A DNA stretch of 33,106 nt from the NCBI GenBank assembly GCA_026645375.1, contig JAPFFX010000197.1, positions 1-33,106 on the forward strand, read 5' to 3'. How positions within the stretch are numbered: the stretch's first letter is position 1; the number at the start of each line of letters is the position of its first letter. Both the position numbers and the translations under genes were made by a program. This DNA is from Citricoccus sp. WCRC_4. Lineage in GTDB: Bacteria > Actinomycetota > Actinomycetes > Actinomycetales > Micrococcaceae. Shown here piece after piece: positions 8,666-21,307 of the stretch. Below the pieces are notes generated by a model. It did no database searches. It was not told the origin of the DNA and saw only the letters and a list, made by a program, of their open reading frames with translations.

Positions 8666-9775
8666 TCAGGCCAACCGGTGGAGCCAGCCATGGCGGTCCT
8701 CGCCGTGGCCGGTCTGCAGTTCCAGCAGCTCGCGCCGGATGTCCAGCGCCACCGAATCGCCCGCGGTGACCGCCGGGGAGTCGAAGTGCTCCTCACCGTC
8801 CACCAGGCGGCCGATCGGGGTGATGACGGCGGCCGTGCCGCAGGCGAACACCTCGGTGATCTCGCCGCTGGCCACCCCGTCGCGCCACTCCTGGAGGGTG
8901 ATGCGCCGCTCGACGACGTCGAGCCCGCGGTCCCGGCCCAGTTGCAGCACGGAGGATCGCGTGACGCCCTCCAGGATGGTCCCGGTGAGCTCGGGCGTGA
9001 CGAGGGAGCCGTCCTTGAAGACGAAGAACACGTTCATGCCGCCCAGTTCCTCCACGGCGTTGTCCCGGACGGGGTCGAGGAAGAGGACCTGGTCGCAGCC
9101 CTGGGCCGACGCCTCGAGTTGGGCGGCCAGCGATGCGGCGTAGTTGCCGCCGAACTTGGCCGCACCAGTGCCGCCGTGACCGGCGCGGGCGTACTCCCGC
9201 GACACCCAGATGGAGACGGGCTTGAGCTCGCCCCCGAAGTAGTTCCCGGCCGGGGAGGCGATGACCTTGTAGGCGATCTCGTGGGCCGGCCGTACTCCGA
9301 GGAATGCCTCGGAGGCGTACATGAACGGCCGCAGGTACAGCGACTGCCCCTCGCCGTCCGGCACCCAGCCGATGTCCGTGGACACCAGCAGGCGCAGCGA
9401 CTCGAGGAAGTCCTCCTCCGGCAGTTCCGGCAGGGCCAGCCGGCGCGCGGAACGGTTCAGCCGTGCCGCGTTGGCCCGGGGACGGAACGTCCACACGGTG
9501 CCGTCCGGATGGCGGTAGGCCTTCAGGCCCTCGAAGATCTCCTGGGCGTAGTGGAGGACGGCCGTGGCCGGGGAGAGGCTCAGCGGCCCGAACGGCTCGA
9601 TCCGCGCGTCGTGCCAGGTCCCGCCGCTGTGCTGCCCGTCGCCGCCCCAGGTCCAGTCGATGGAGACCATGTGGTCGGTGAAGTGCTGCCCGAAGCCCGG
9701 ATCCGCCAGGATCTCCCGGCGCCTCTCCTCGGAGACGGGCGAGGACTGGGGATGGACGGCGAATTCCATGGACAC
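8666..9775 (-). CDS. ilvE: Branched-chain amino acid aminotransferase
   Basis: PGFGQHFTDHM, LHYAQEIFEGLKAYR, LYLRPF, AKFGGNYAAS (PLP Lys), EELGGMN, ILEGVTR, EVFACGTAAVITP; GTG start follows an AAGGA RBS (alternative ATG 9769). Confidence 0.96.
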   Translation of the reverse strand: MSMEFAVHPQSSPVSEERRREILADPGFGQHFTDHMVSIDWTWGGDGQHSGGTWHDARIEPFGPLSLSPATAVLHYAQEIFEGLKAYRHPDGTVWTFRPRANAARLNRSARRLALPELPEEDFLESLRLLVSTDIGWVPDGEGQSLYLRPFMYASEAFLGVRPAHEIAYKVIASPAGNYFGGELKPVSIWVSREYARAGHGGTGAAKFGGNYAASLAAQLEASAQGCDQVLFLDPVRDNAVEELGGMNVFFVFKDGSLVTPELTGTILEGVTRSSVLQLGRDRGLDVVERRITLQEWRDGVASGEITEVFACGTAAVITPIGRLVDGEEHFDSPAVTAGDSVALDIRRELLELQTGHGEDRHGWLHRLA

Positions 9776-9948
9776 GACGGATTCCTTCTCTCGTAGTACC
9801 CCGGGTGCCACGCAGGCCGACGCCGGCCGCGCCCAGGGCGTTGCTTCGCGGACCCGGTGGCCAGCGGGTCCGCTGATGCGCCGGGAAGGTGCATCCATCA
9901 TATGACCTGCCCGGAGGGCAGCTCGGACGCGGGACGCGTCGCCGCGGC

Positions 9949-11076
9949 TCAGACGGCGGCGGCGATGGCGTCACCGACCTGCGCCGTGGTGCGCGGGCCG
10001 GACTGCGGGGTGCCGGACTGGCCGCGGGCGGCCATGTCCGCCCACACGGCCTCGTTGATGCGCCGGGCGGCATCGGTGCGGCCCGCCTGCTCCAGGAGCA
10101 GCGCCCCGGAGAGGATGGCGGCGGTGGGGTCGGCCTTCTGCTGCCCGGCGATGTCCGGGGCCGAACCGTGGACCGGCTCGAACATGGACGGCGCGGTGCC
10201 GGAGATGTTCAGGTTGCCGGATGCGGCCAGGCCGATGCCTCCCGTGACGGCTGCGGCGAGGTCGGTGAGGATGTCCCCGAACAGGTTGTCCGTGACGATC
10301 ACGTCGAATCGGGAGGGGTCGGTGGTCATGTGGATGGTCGCGGCATCCACGTGCATGTAGTCGTGGGTGACGGACGGGTACTCCGCGGCCACGGCCTCCA
10401 CCGTCCGCCGCCAGAGGTGCCCGGCGTACACCAGCACGTTGTGCTTGTGCACCAGGGACACGTGCCGGCGCGGCCGGGCGGCGGCCAGCGCGAAGGCGTG
10501 GCGAACCACCCGTTCCACGCCGTAGGCGGTGTTGACGGAGACCTCGGTGGCGATCTCCTGGGGCGTGCCGGTCCGGATGGCCCCGCCGTTGCCGACGTAG
10601 GGCCCCTCGGTGCCCTCGCGGACGACCACGAAGTCGATGTCACCGGGGTTCGCCAGCGGGCTGGGGACGCCGGGATAGAGACGGGCCGGACGCAGGTTGA
10701 CCCCGTGGTCCAGGCTGAACCGCAGCTTCAGCAGCAGCTCGCGCTCGATCAGACCCGAGGGGATGCGGGTGTCGTTCGGGGCGGCCCCGACGGCTCCGAA
10801 CAGGATCGCGTCATGACCGCGCAGCCGCTGCAGGGTCTCCTCGGTCAGCGTCTCCCCGGTCTGCAGCCAGTGGGCCGCGCCGAGCGAGTAGTCGGTGGTG
10901 CGGATCTCCGCGTCACCGGAGTTCACCGTGGCCGCGCGCATGACCTTCAGCGCCTCGGCGGTGACCTCCGGCCCGATGCCGTCCCCGCCGATGACGGCGA
11001 CGTCCAGGACGTCCTGGGCGGAGCGGGTGGCGGTCTGGGTGCTGGCCGGGCGAGCCGTATCGGCGACGTGTTCCAT
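9949..11076 (-). CDS. leuB: 3-isopropylmalate dehydrogenase
   Basis: [61 protein letters not shown]. Confidence 0.96.
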   Translation of the reverse strand: MEHVADTARPASTQTATRSAQDVLDVAVIGGDGIGPEVTAEALKVMRAATVNSGDAEIRTTDYSLGAAHWLQTGETLTEETLQRLRGHDAILFGAVGAAPNDTRIPSGLIERELLLKLRFSLDHGVNLRPARLYPGVPSPLANPGDIDFVVVREGTEGPYVGNGGAIRTGTPQEIATEVSVNTAYGVERVVRHAFALAAARPRRHVSLVHKHNVLVYAGHLWRRTVEAVAAEYPSVTHDYMHVDAATIHMTTDPSRFDVIVTDNLFGDILTDLAAAVTGGIGLAASGNLNISGTAPSMFEPVHGSAPDIAGQQKADPTAAILSGALLLEQAGRTDAARRINEAVWADMAARGQSGTPQSGPRTTAQVGDAIAAAV

Positions 11077-11082
11077 GGCTTC

Positions 11083-11142
11083 AGGCTAGGGCCGAACGAG
11101 GACGATGGTCCACCATGTGGTCATACTGTCCACGATGCGGAC
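11083..11142 (-). promoter_or_regulatory. leuB promoter with two tandem 15-bp palindromic operators (IclR/NdgR-LtbR type, inferred)
   Basis: -10 TAGCCT lies 6 nt before the ATG and -35 TGGACC 18 nt further upstream; GTCCAC-CAT-GTGGTC (11108-11122) and GTCCAC-GAT-GCGGAC (11128-11142). Confidence 0.6.
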
Positions 11143-11221
11143 ACCCGTTCGGCTCGCCGTGGGGCGGGGACGGGGAAGCATCCGGTCCCACGGCGGCCCG
11201 GAGGGTGGGCGCGGCCCGGGC

Positions 11222-12853
11222 CTAACCGGCGTCGGGCTCCTCGTGGCGCGGGAAGACCGGGACCGGCGCCGGCAGGGAGGTCCCCGGCACCAGGGCCTCG
11301 TCCCAGGCCGCGAAGGACCGCGGACCGGCACCGGAGGCGCCGGTCCGGCCGGCGTCGCCGGAGGCCTCCACCCCGAGCAGGTCGAGCAGGCGCGTGGCCG
11401 ATCCCGGCATCACCGACTGGGCCAGCAGCGCCACGCGGCGCACCGTCTCCAGCGTCACGTACAGCACGGTGGCCATCCGCTCCGGGTCGGTCTTGCGCAG
11501 CACCCACGGCTGCTGCTCGGCGAAGTACGCGTTCGCGTCGTGCAGGACGGACCACGTGGACTCCAGGGCGTGGTGGAAGTCCTGCACGGCGTAGTCCGCC
11601 CGCGAGGTCTCCAGCAGGGACGAGACGGACTCCAGCAGGGCGCGGTCGGCGTCGGTGTACTCCCCCGGCTCCGGCACGGAGCCACCGAGGTTCTTGGCCA
11701 CCATGGACAGCGAGCGCTGGGCCAGGTTGCCCAGGTTGTTGGCCAGGTCCGCGTTCTTGCGCCCCACGACGGCGTCGTGGCTGTAGGAGCCGTCGGCGCC
11801 GAAGGGGAACTCACGCATCAGGAAGTACCGCACGGCGTCCAGCCCGTAGTGGGCCACCCACTCCGCCGGGGCCACGACGTTGCCCAGTGACTTGGACATC
11901 TTCTGGCCCTCGTTGTTCAGGAAGCCGTGGATCATCACCCGTCGCGGCAGCTCGAGGCCGGCGCTCATCAGGAAGGCCGGCCAGAAGATGCAGTGGAACC
12001 GGGAGATGTCCTTGCCGATGATGTGCAGGTCGGCCGGCCAGTAGCGCGCGAAGCGCTCCGAGCCGGTGTCCGGGAACCCGGCGCCGGTGAGGTAGTTGGT
12101 CAGCGCGTCCACCCACACGTACATCACGTGGTCCAGGGTGGGCGCCACCGGCTGGCCGTCCGGGCCCTTCGCGGTGCCGTCCGCCGGCGCCGGGACGTCG
12201 ATCCCCCAGTCGAAGGAGGTCCGGGAGATGGACAGGTCCTCCAGCCCGGACTCCACGAAGCGGATGACCTCGTTGAACCGGTACTGCGGGGCGGCGAACT
12301 GCGGCCGGCTGCGGTAGAGCTCCAGCAGCGGCTCCTGGTACTTCGAGAGCCGGAAGAAGTAGCTCTCCTCCTCCGTCCAGGTCACCTCGGTGCCGGTCTC
12401 GGTCGCATAGCGGACGCCGTCCTCGCCGACGTGCGTCTCGTCCTCGCCGAAGAAGCGCTCGTCGCGCACCGAGTACCAGCCGGAGTAGCTGCCCAGGTAG
12501 ATGTCCCCGGCGGCCTCCATGCGCCGCCAGATGGCCTGGACGGACTCGCGGTGGTCGGCATCCGTGGTCCGGATGAACCGGTCGTAGGACACGTCCAGGA
12601 CCTCGTCGTCCACCTGCTGGAAGGCCGCCGCGTTACGGGTGGCCAGCTCGAGCGGGGTGATGCCCTCCGCCTCGGCGGTCTGCTGCATCTTCTGGCCGTG
12701 CTCGTCCGTGCCGGTGAGGAAGAACACGTCCTTGCCGTCGAGGCGCTGGAACCGCGCCATCACGTCCGCGCCCACGTACTCGTAGGCGTGGCCGATGTGC
12801 GGCTCGCCGTTCGGGTAGGAGATGGCGGTGGACAGGTAGTAGCTCTGGGCCAT
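11222..12853 (-). CDS. metG: Methionine--tRNA ligase (short monomeric form, no Cys zinc knuckle, no C-terminal tRNA-binding domain)
   Basis: [60 protein letters not shown]. Confidence 0.96.
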   Translation of the reverse strand: MAQSYYLSTAISYPNGEPHIGHAYEYVGADVMARFQRLDGKDVFFLTGTDEHGQKMQQTAEAEGITPLELATRNAAAFQQVDDEVLDVSYDRFIRTTDADHRESVQAIWRRMEAAGDIYLGSYSGWYSVRDERFFGEDETHVGEDGVRYATETGTEVTWTEEESYFFRLSKYQEPLLELYRSRPQFAAPQYRFNEVIRFVESGLEDLSISRTSFDWGIDVPAPADGTAKGPDGQPVAPTLDHVMYVWVDALTNYLTGAGFPDTGSERFARYWPADLHIIGKDISRFHCIFWPAFLMSAGLELPRRVMIHGFLNNEGQKMSKSLGNVVAPAEWVAHYGLDAVRYFLMREFPFGADGSYSHDAVVGRKNADLANNLGNLAQRSLSMVAKNLGGSVPEPGEYTDADRALLESVSSLLETSRADYAVQDFHHALESTWSVLHDANAYFAEQQPWVLRKTDPERMATVLYVTLETVRRVALLAQSVMPGSATRLLDLLGVEASGDAGRTGASGAGPRSFAAWDEALVPGTSLPAPVPVFPRHEEPDAG

Positions 12854-12857
12854 GCGC

Positions 12858-14465
12858 TCAGTGCTCCAGGTCGAGCAGGTCGATCCCGGCGACCCTGGAG
12901 GCCCCGATGGACTCGCCCAGCTGCTCGGCGACGCCGGCCGGCAGGGCCGCGTCCAGGGTCAGCATGGCCAGGGCCTCGCCGCCCTCGGACTGGCGGGAGA
13001 CGTCCATGCCGGCGATGTTGACGTCCGCGTCGCCCAGGACGTTGCCGATGGTCCCGATGACGCCGGGACGGTCGGTGTAGCGGAAGACCAGCAGGTGCTC
13101 GGCCAGCGGGACCTCGATCTCGTAGCCGTCGATCCCGACCACCTTCTGCACCTGCTTGGGCCCGGTCAGGGTGCCGGACACGGACAGCTGGGTGCCGTTG
13201 GAGGTGGCGCCCTTGACGGTGACGGTGTTGCGGTAGGCCGGGGACTCGGAGGTGGTCGTCAGCCGGGTCTCCACGCCTCGCTGCTCGGCCAGGACCGGGG
13301 CGTTGACGTAGGAGACGTGGTCGGAGACCACGTCGGTGAACACGCCCTTGAGGGCGGCCAGCTGCAGGGACTTCACGTCCTTGTCCGCGATCTCGCCGGC
13401 GACCTCGAGCTCCACGACGGTCAGCGAGTCACCGATGGACAGTGCCGTCAGGATGCGACCGAGCTTCTCGGCCAGCGGGATGCCCGGGCGGACGTCCTCG
13501 TGGATGATGCCACCGGCCACGTTGACGGCGTCCGGGACGAGCTCGCCGGCCAGGGCCAGGCGCACCGACTTGGCCACGGACACGCCGGCCTTCTCCTGGG
13601 CCTCCGAGGTGGAGGCCCCCAGGTGCGGGGTGACCACGGCGTTGTCGTGGTGGAAGAACGGCAGGTCGATGGCCGGCTCGGAGGAGAAGACGTCGATGGC
13701 CGCGCCGCCGACGGTGCCGGCCTTGAGGGCCCGGTTCAGCGCGTCCTCGTCGATCAGCCCGCCGCGGGCCACGTTCACCACGTAGGCGGTGTCCTTCATG
13801 ATCGCGAACTGCTCATCCGAGATCATCCCGATGGTCTCCGGCGTCTTCGGCATGTGGATGGTGATGAAGTCCGCCTGGGCCAGCAGCTCGTCCAGGTCCA
13901 GCAGGCGGGCACCGATCTGCTGGGCCCGCGCCGAGGTGATGTAGGGGTCGTAGGCCAGGATCTCCATGCCGAACGAGCGCATCCGCTCGGCCACGAGCGA
14001 GCCGATGCGGCCCAGCCCGATGATGCCCAGCTTCTTCTCGTACAGTTCGACGCCGGCGTACTTCGAGCGCTTCCACTCGCCACCCTTCAGGGCGCGGTTG
14101 GCCGGGGCGATGTTGCGGGCCACGCCGAGGATGTGGCCGCAGGTCAGCTCGGCGGCGGAGAGGACGTTCGAGGTCGGGGCGTTGACCACCATGACACCGG
14201 CCTGGGTGGCGGCCTTGGTGTCCACGTTGTCCAGCCCGACGCCGGCCCGGGCGATCACCTTGAGCCTGGAGGCGGCCCCGATCGCCTCGGCGTCCATCTT
14301 CGTCGCCGAGCGGATCAGCACCGCGTCGGCCTCCGGCAGGGCGGCCAGCAGCTGGGCACGGTCGGCGCCGTCGGTCGTCCTGATCTCGAAATCCGGACCC
14401 AGGGCGTCCACGGTGGCCGGGGAGAGTTCTTCAGCGATGAGGACGACGGGCTTGGTTTCAGACAC
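12858..14465 (-). CDS. serA: D-3-phosphoglycerate dehydrogenase with C-terminal ASB/ACT domains
   Basis: [53 protein letters not shown]. Confidence 0.96.
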   Translation of the reverse strand: MSETKPVVLIAEELSPATVDALGPDFEIRTTDGADRAQLLAALPEADAVLIRSATKMDAEAIGAASRLKVIARAGVGLDNVDTKAATQAGVMVVNAPTSNVLSAAELTCGHILGVARNIAPANRALKGGEWKRSKYAGVELYEKKLGIIGLGRIGSLVAERMRSFGMEILAYDPYITSARAQQIGARLLDLDELLAQADFITIHMPKTPETIGMISDEQFAIMKDTAYVVNVARGGLIDEDALNRALKAGTVGGAAIDVFSSEPAIDLPFFHHDNAVVTPHLGASTSEAQEKAGVSVAKSVRLALAGELVPDAVNVAGGIIHEDVRPGIPLAEKLGRILTALSIGDSLTVVELEVAGEIADKDVKSLQLAALKGVFTDVVSDHVSYVNAPVLAEQRGVETRLTTTSESPAYRNTVTVKGATSNGTQLSVSGTLTGPKQVQKVVGIDGYEIEVPLAEHLLVFRYTDRPGVIGTIGNVLGDADVNIAGMDVSRQSEGGEALAMLTLDAALPAGVAEQLGESIGASRVAGIDLLDLEH

Positions 14466-14547
14466 GGGAGGTTCACCTTCGGGTAGACAGTGGTGCCGGC
14501 TCGGAACGTGGGTCGGCCGATCTTGATTCTAGGACGTGGAAGCACGA

Positions 14548-14573
14548 CGGCCCCCCGTGTGCACGAGGGGCCG
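14548..14573 (-). terminator. GC-rich hairpin downstream of ilvC (probable terminator)
   Basis: cggcccctcgtg-ca-cacggggggccg on the minus strand, directly upstream of a serA -10 (TAGAAT, 14531-14526). Confidence 0.5.
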
Positions 14574-14618
14574 CCTTGACGCCCGGGATCTCCCCGGGCG
14601 CCGGTGGGGTGGTACGGC

Positions 14619-18094
<3,476 letters not shown>

Positions 18095-18265
18095 TGCTGT
18101 GCCTTCTTGCCTTGCTCTTCTGGCGCTGTACTGGAGCATCCGGGGTACCTGTGCGGTACCCCGGTCACCTCTGGTGCCCGCCGGCGGGTGTCCCCCGCGG
18201 CGTCCGCCGGAGTGGCGGAGGAGTCAGTGGCGCTGATGTGGTGGCCAGCGTCATGCTTGCATCTC

Positions 18266-18311
18266 CAACAAATAAACCCCGACGTCGGCCGGTCGGCCCG
18301 CTCGGGGTTTA
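18266..18311 (-). terminator. Attenuator terminator of the ilvB leader
   Basis: TAAACCCCGA...TCGGGGTTTA stem with inner GGCC/GGCC pairs, followed by TTTGTT. Confidence 0.85.
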
Positions 18312-18351
18312 GCGCGCGGCAGCGGGCGAACCCGCGGATCCGAACCGTAGT

Positions 18352-18396
18352 TCAGGCCACGCGCTGGATAACGACGACTAGTCGCATGTTGGACAT
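18352..18396 (-). CDS. ilvB operon leader peptide MSNMRLVVVIQRVA (14 aa)
   Basis: ATG TCC AAC ATG CGA CTA GTC GTC GTT ATC CAG CGC GTG GCC TGA; a Leu-Val-Val-Val-Ile run directly upstream of alternative hairpins and a terminator. Confidence 0.82.
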   Translation of the reverse strand: MSNMRLVVVIQRVA

Positions 18397-18403
18397 GCTG
18401 ACC

Positions 18404-18465
18404 AGTATCCCCGAGGCACGCCGTCCGGCGTCAATCCATCCTCTCACGGTCTCACATCGTGAGAC
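18404..18465 (-). promoter_or_regulatory. ilvB leader promoter and 17-bp palindromic operator
   Basis: TTGACG (18434-18429) and GATACT (18409-18404), the latter 7 nt before the leader ATG; GTCTCAC-ATC-GTGAGAC at 18449-18465. Confidence 0.6.
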
Positions 18466-18476
18466 GGGCGTCCGGT

Positions 18477-18510
18477 CCGTGGACACGCCGGCGCTCCGGC
18501 GTGCCCACGG
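18477..18510 (-). terminator. Hairpin after ilvD (probable terminator, no U-tract)
   Basis: 15-bp stem ccgtgggcacgccgg-agcg-ccggcgtgtccacgg, with a G-U pair only in the minus orientation. Confidence 0.6.
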
Positions 18511-18526
18511 ACACGGACCGGACCGG

Positions 18527-20287
18527 TCAGCCCAGGTACGCGCCCTGGGCCGCCGAGTGCACGAGCTTGGCGTACTTGCCGAGGACGCCCGTGGTGAACT
18601 TCGGGGGCACCGGCTCCCAGTCCTTCTTGCGGTCCTGGAGCTCCGCGTCCGGCACCAGCAGGTCCAGGGTGCGGCCGGCGATGTCCACGCGGATCCGGTC
18701 GCCGTCGCGCACCAGGGCGATCGGGCCGCCGTCGGAGGCCTCCGGGGCGATGTGCCCGATGCACAGGCCGGTCGTGCCGCCGGAGAAGCGGCCGTCGGTG
18801 AGGAGCAGGACGTCCTTGCCCAGCCCGGCCCCCTTGATGGCGCCGGTGATGGCGAGCATCTCGCGCATGCCGGGACCGCCCTTGGGGCCCTCGTAGCGGA
18901 TGACGACCACGTCGCCGGCCTTCAGCTGTCCGGCCTCGAGGGCGTCCATGGCCTGGCGCTCGCGCTCGAACACGCGGGCGGTGCCCTCGAAGACGTCGGC
19001 GTCGAAGCCGGCGGACTTCACCACGGCGCCCTCGGGAGCGAGCGAGCCCTTCAGCACGGCCAGGCCGCCGTTGTGGTGCAGCGGGTTGTCCAGGGCGCGC
19101 AGCACCTTGCCGTCCGGGTCCGGCGGGTTGATGCCGGCCAGGTTCTCGGCCACGGTCTTGCCGGTGACGGTCAGGGCGTCGCCGTGGACCAGGCCCGCGT
19201 CCAGCAGGGCCTTCATGACCACCGGCACGCCTCCGACCCTGTCCACGTCGGTCATCACGTACTGGCCGAAGGGCTTGAGGTCGCCCAGGTGCGGGACCTT
19301 GTCACCGATGCGGTTGAAGTCGTCCAGGGTGAGGTCCACCCCGGCCTCGCGTGCGATCGCGAGCAGGTGCAGGACCGCGTTGGAGGACCCGCCGAACGCC
19401 ATGGTCACGGCGATGGCGTTCTCGAAGGCCTTCTTGGTCATGATGTCCCGGGAGGTGATCCCCAGGCGCAGCAGGTTGACCACGGCCTCGCCGGACTTGC
19501 GGGAGAAGGAGTCGCGGCGCCGGTCAGCCGACGGCGGGGCGGCAGAACCGGGCAGGGACATCCCCAGCGCCTCACCGATGCAGGCCATCGTGTTGGCGGT
19601 GTACATGCCGCCGCAGGCACCCTCGCCGGGGCAGATCGCCCGTTCGATGGTGTCCAGGTCCTTCTCGCTCATCAGTCCCCGCGCGCAGGCGCCCACGGCC
19701 TCGAAGGCGTCGATCAGGGTGACCTGCTTCTCCGTGCCGTCCTCGAGGGTGGCGTAGCCGGGCATGGTGGAGCCGGCGTAGATGAAGACGCTGGAGACGT
19801 CCAGCCGGGCGGCCGCCATCAGCATGCCCGGAAGCGACTTGTCGCAGCCGGCCAGCAGCACGGAGCCGTCCAGCCGCTCGGCCTGCATCACGGTCTCCAC
19901 GGAGTCTGCGATGACCTCTCGGGAGACCAGCGAGTAGTGCATGCCGTCATGGCCCATCGAGATGCCGTCCGAGACGGAGATGGTGCCGAACTCCAGCGGG
20001 TAGCCGCCACCGGCGTGCACCCCCTCCTTGGAGGCCTGGGCCAGGCGGTCCAGGGAGAGGTTGCACGGGGTGATCTCGTTCCACGAGCTGGCGATGCCGA
20101 TCTGCGGCTTCGCGAAGTCCTCGTCCCCCATGCCGACGGCGCGCAGCATGCCGCGGGCCGGGGCACGCTCCATGCCGTCGGTCACCGCGCGGGAGCGTGG
20201 CTTGATGTCAGGAGCCGCGGCGTCGTCGCCGCGTGCCCCGCCGGCTGCACTGCCGGGAAGGGTCGTGTCTGCGCTGGGGGTGGTCAT
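18527..20287 (-). CDS. ilvD: Dihydroxy-acid dehydratase
   Basis: [73 protein letters not shown]; ATG 20287 lies 7 nt after -10 TAGGAT. Confidence 0.96.
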   Translation of the reverse strand: MTTPSADTTLPGSAAGGARGDDAAAPDIKPRSRAVTDGMERAPARGMLRAVGMGDEDFAKPQIGIASSWNEITPCNLSLDRLAQASKEGVHAGGGYPLEFGTISVSDGISMGHDGMHYSLVSREVIADSVETVMQAERLDGSVLLAGCDKSLPGMLMAAARLDVSSVFIYAGSTMPGYATLEDGTEKQVTLIDAFEAVGACARGLMSEKDLDTIERAICPGEGACGGMYTANTMACIGEALGMSLPGSAAPPSADRRRDSFSRKSGEAVVNLLRLGITSRDIMTKKAFENAIAVTMAFGGSSNAVLHLLAIAREAGVDLTLDDFNRIGDKVPHLGDLKPFGQYVMTDVDRVGGVPVVMKALLDAGLVHGDALTVTGKTVAENLAGINPPDPDGKVLRALDNPLHHNGGLAVLKGSLAPEGAVVKSAGFDADVFEGTARVFERERQAMDALEAGQLKAGDVVVIRYEGPKGGPGMREMLAITGAIKGAGLGKDVLLLTDGRFSGGTTGLCIGHIAPEASDGGPIALVRDGDRIRVDIAGRTLDLLVPDAELQDRKKDWEPVPPKFTTGVLGKYAKLVHSAAQGAYLG

Positions 20288-20386
20288 GGCGACCATCCTA
20301 GGACCGCTGCGCTCGTGCCGCGCGGCACGTGACGACCGGAGTCCGCCGACATCCCGGCGAAACACCGCGTCCGTAGAATGGGCGTC

Positions 20387-20851
20387 ATGAACGGCGAGGA
20401 CCTCAAGCGCATGCTCCGGGAGGCCTTCGATGAGAGGGTCTTCAACTACGGGGACTTCAACCTCGTCTACGGCCAGCCCTCCGGCGCCGGCAACCCCTGG
20501 GTGATCGGCTACCGGCACCAGCCCCTGGAGTTGCTGCTGTGCCCCGTCGACCTCGAGGCCCTCCCCCGGGTTCCCGTGGGACCGGGTATCGCGACGGTGG
20601 CGCTGGGCAACGTCGCCACCCTGGCGGACACCGGGAGCGGGTACCAGGTGGAGACGGTCACCGGCTTCCGCACGTGGTTCGAGGTCAGCGGCACTCCCCG
20701 GATCCTCCTGCCGGAGAGCCTGCGCCCCACCGGCCCCGGGCCGGAGGACGACGGCACGGTCACCCTGGCCCAGGAACCGGACGCCGAGGACTTCCATGAG
20801 TTCATGTCCCACTTCATGGACACCCTGGAGTCGTACTACCGGCCCTGTTGA
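20387..20851 (+). CDS. Hypothetical protein (154 aa), divergent from ilvD
   Basis: High-GC3 codon usage, globular-looking composition, -10 TAGAAT 7 nt before the ATG; no family recognised. Confidence 0.8.
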   Translation: MNGEDLKRMLREAFDERVFNYGDFNLVYGQPSGAGNPWVIGYRHQPLELLLCPVDLEALPRVPVGPGIATVALGNVATLADTGSGYQVETVTGFRTWFEVSGTPRILLPESLRPTGPGPEDDGTVTLAQEPDAEDFHEFMSHFMDTLESYYRPC

Positions 20852-20977
20852 CGCACCCTGTGGCGGCCCCCGGCCGACCGTGACGGAGGTCTCCCGCCGC
20901 TCGATTTCACATCCGGTCGAGACCTCTGCTAAAGTTTTTCCTCGTTGCACGGACCGATTACCGGTCCACGGAACACT

Positions 20978-21053
20978 GCGCCTCTAGCTCAACTGGCAGA
21001 GCAATTGACTCTTAATCAATGGGTTCCGGGTTCGAGTCCCGGGGGGCGCACCA
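20978..21053 (+). tRNA. tRNA-Lys (CTT), CCA encoded
   Basis: GCGCCTCTAGCTCAACTGGCAGAGCAATTGACTCTTAATCAATGGGTTCCGGGTTCGAGTCCCGGGGGGCGCACCA; extended -10 TGcTAAAGT near 20927-20935. Confidence 0.96.
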
Positions 21054-21072
21054 CAGTTCGCATCCATCGCAG

Positions 21073-21110
21073 ACGACAAGGCCCCGGTCAGGTGACCGGG
21101 GCCTTGTCGT
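21073..21110 (+). terminator. Terminator hairpin after tRNA-Lys
   Basis: Perfect inverted repeat acgacaaggccccggtca/tgaccggggccttgtcgt. Confidence 0.8.
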
Positions 21111-21307
21111 GTCCCCCCGTGGCCCGGGACCACGCGGGTCATCCGGTGGTCGCACTCGAATCGTACGCAGTGCGACGGGGACTACGTCCCGACCACTCCT
21201 CTCGTGCACTTCCAGGCCTATCTCCCGTCACCGAAGCGTGCCACGATGTCGCTGTGACGGCACCGGGCCAGGTGTCGCCGGTCCCCCCGTGAAAGGTCGC
21301 CAGCACC

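Noticed and set aside
9893-9907. ATCCAT-CAT-ATGACC upstream of ilvE as a third IclR-type operator
   Set aside because: The match is weak and is better explained by the minus-strand -10 element TATGAT of the ilvE promoter.
12853-12860. T-box or SAM riboswitch upstream of metG, and TPP riboswitch for thiL
   Set aside because: There is no intergenic space (a 4-nt gap for metG, overlapping genes for thiL), and I saw no consensus motifs.
2049-14486. Other long antisense or alternative-frame ORFs (e.g. 2049-4529, 6107-7606, 8291-9796, 9889-12021, 12852-14486)
   Set aside because: They are high-GC shadow ORFs overlapping well-supported genes, with Arg/Gly/Pro-rich translations and no motifs.
20288-20950. 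220-aa N-terminal extension of ilvD in the ORF track
   Set aside because: It is antisense to the 20387-20851 gene. A -10 TAGGAT supports the ATG at 20287.
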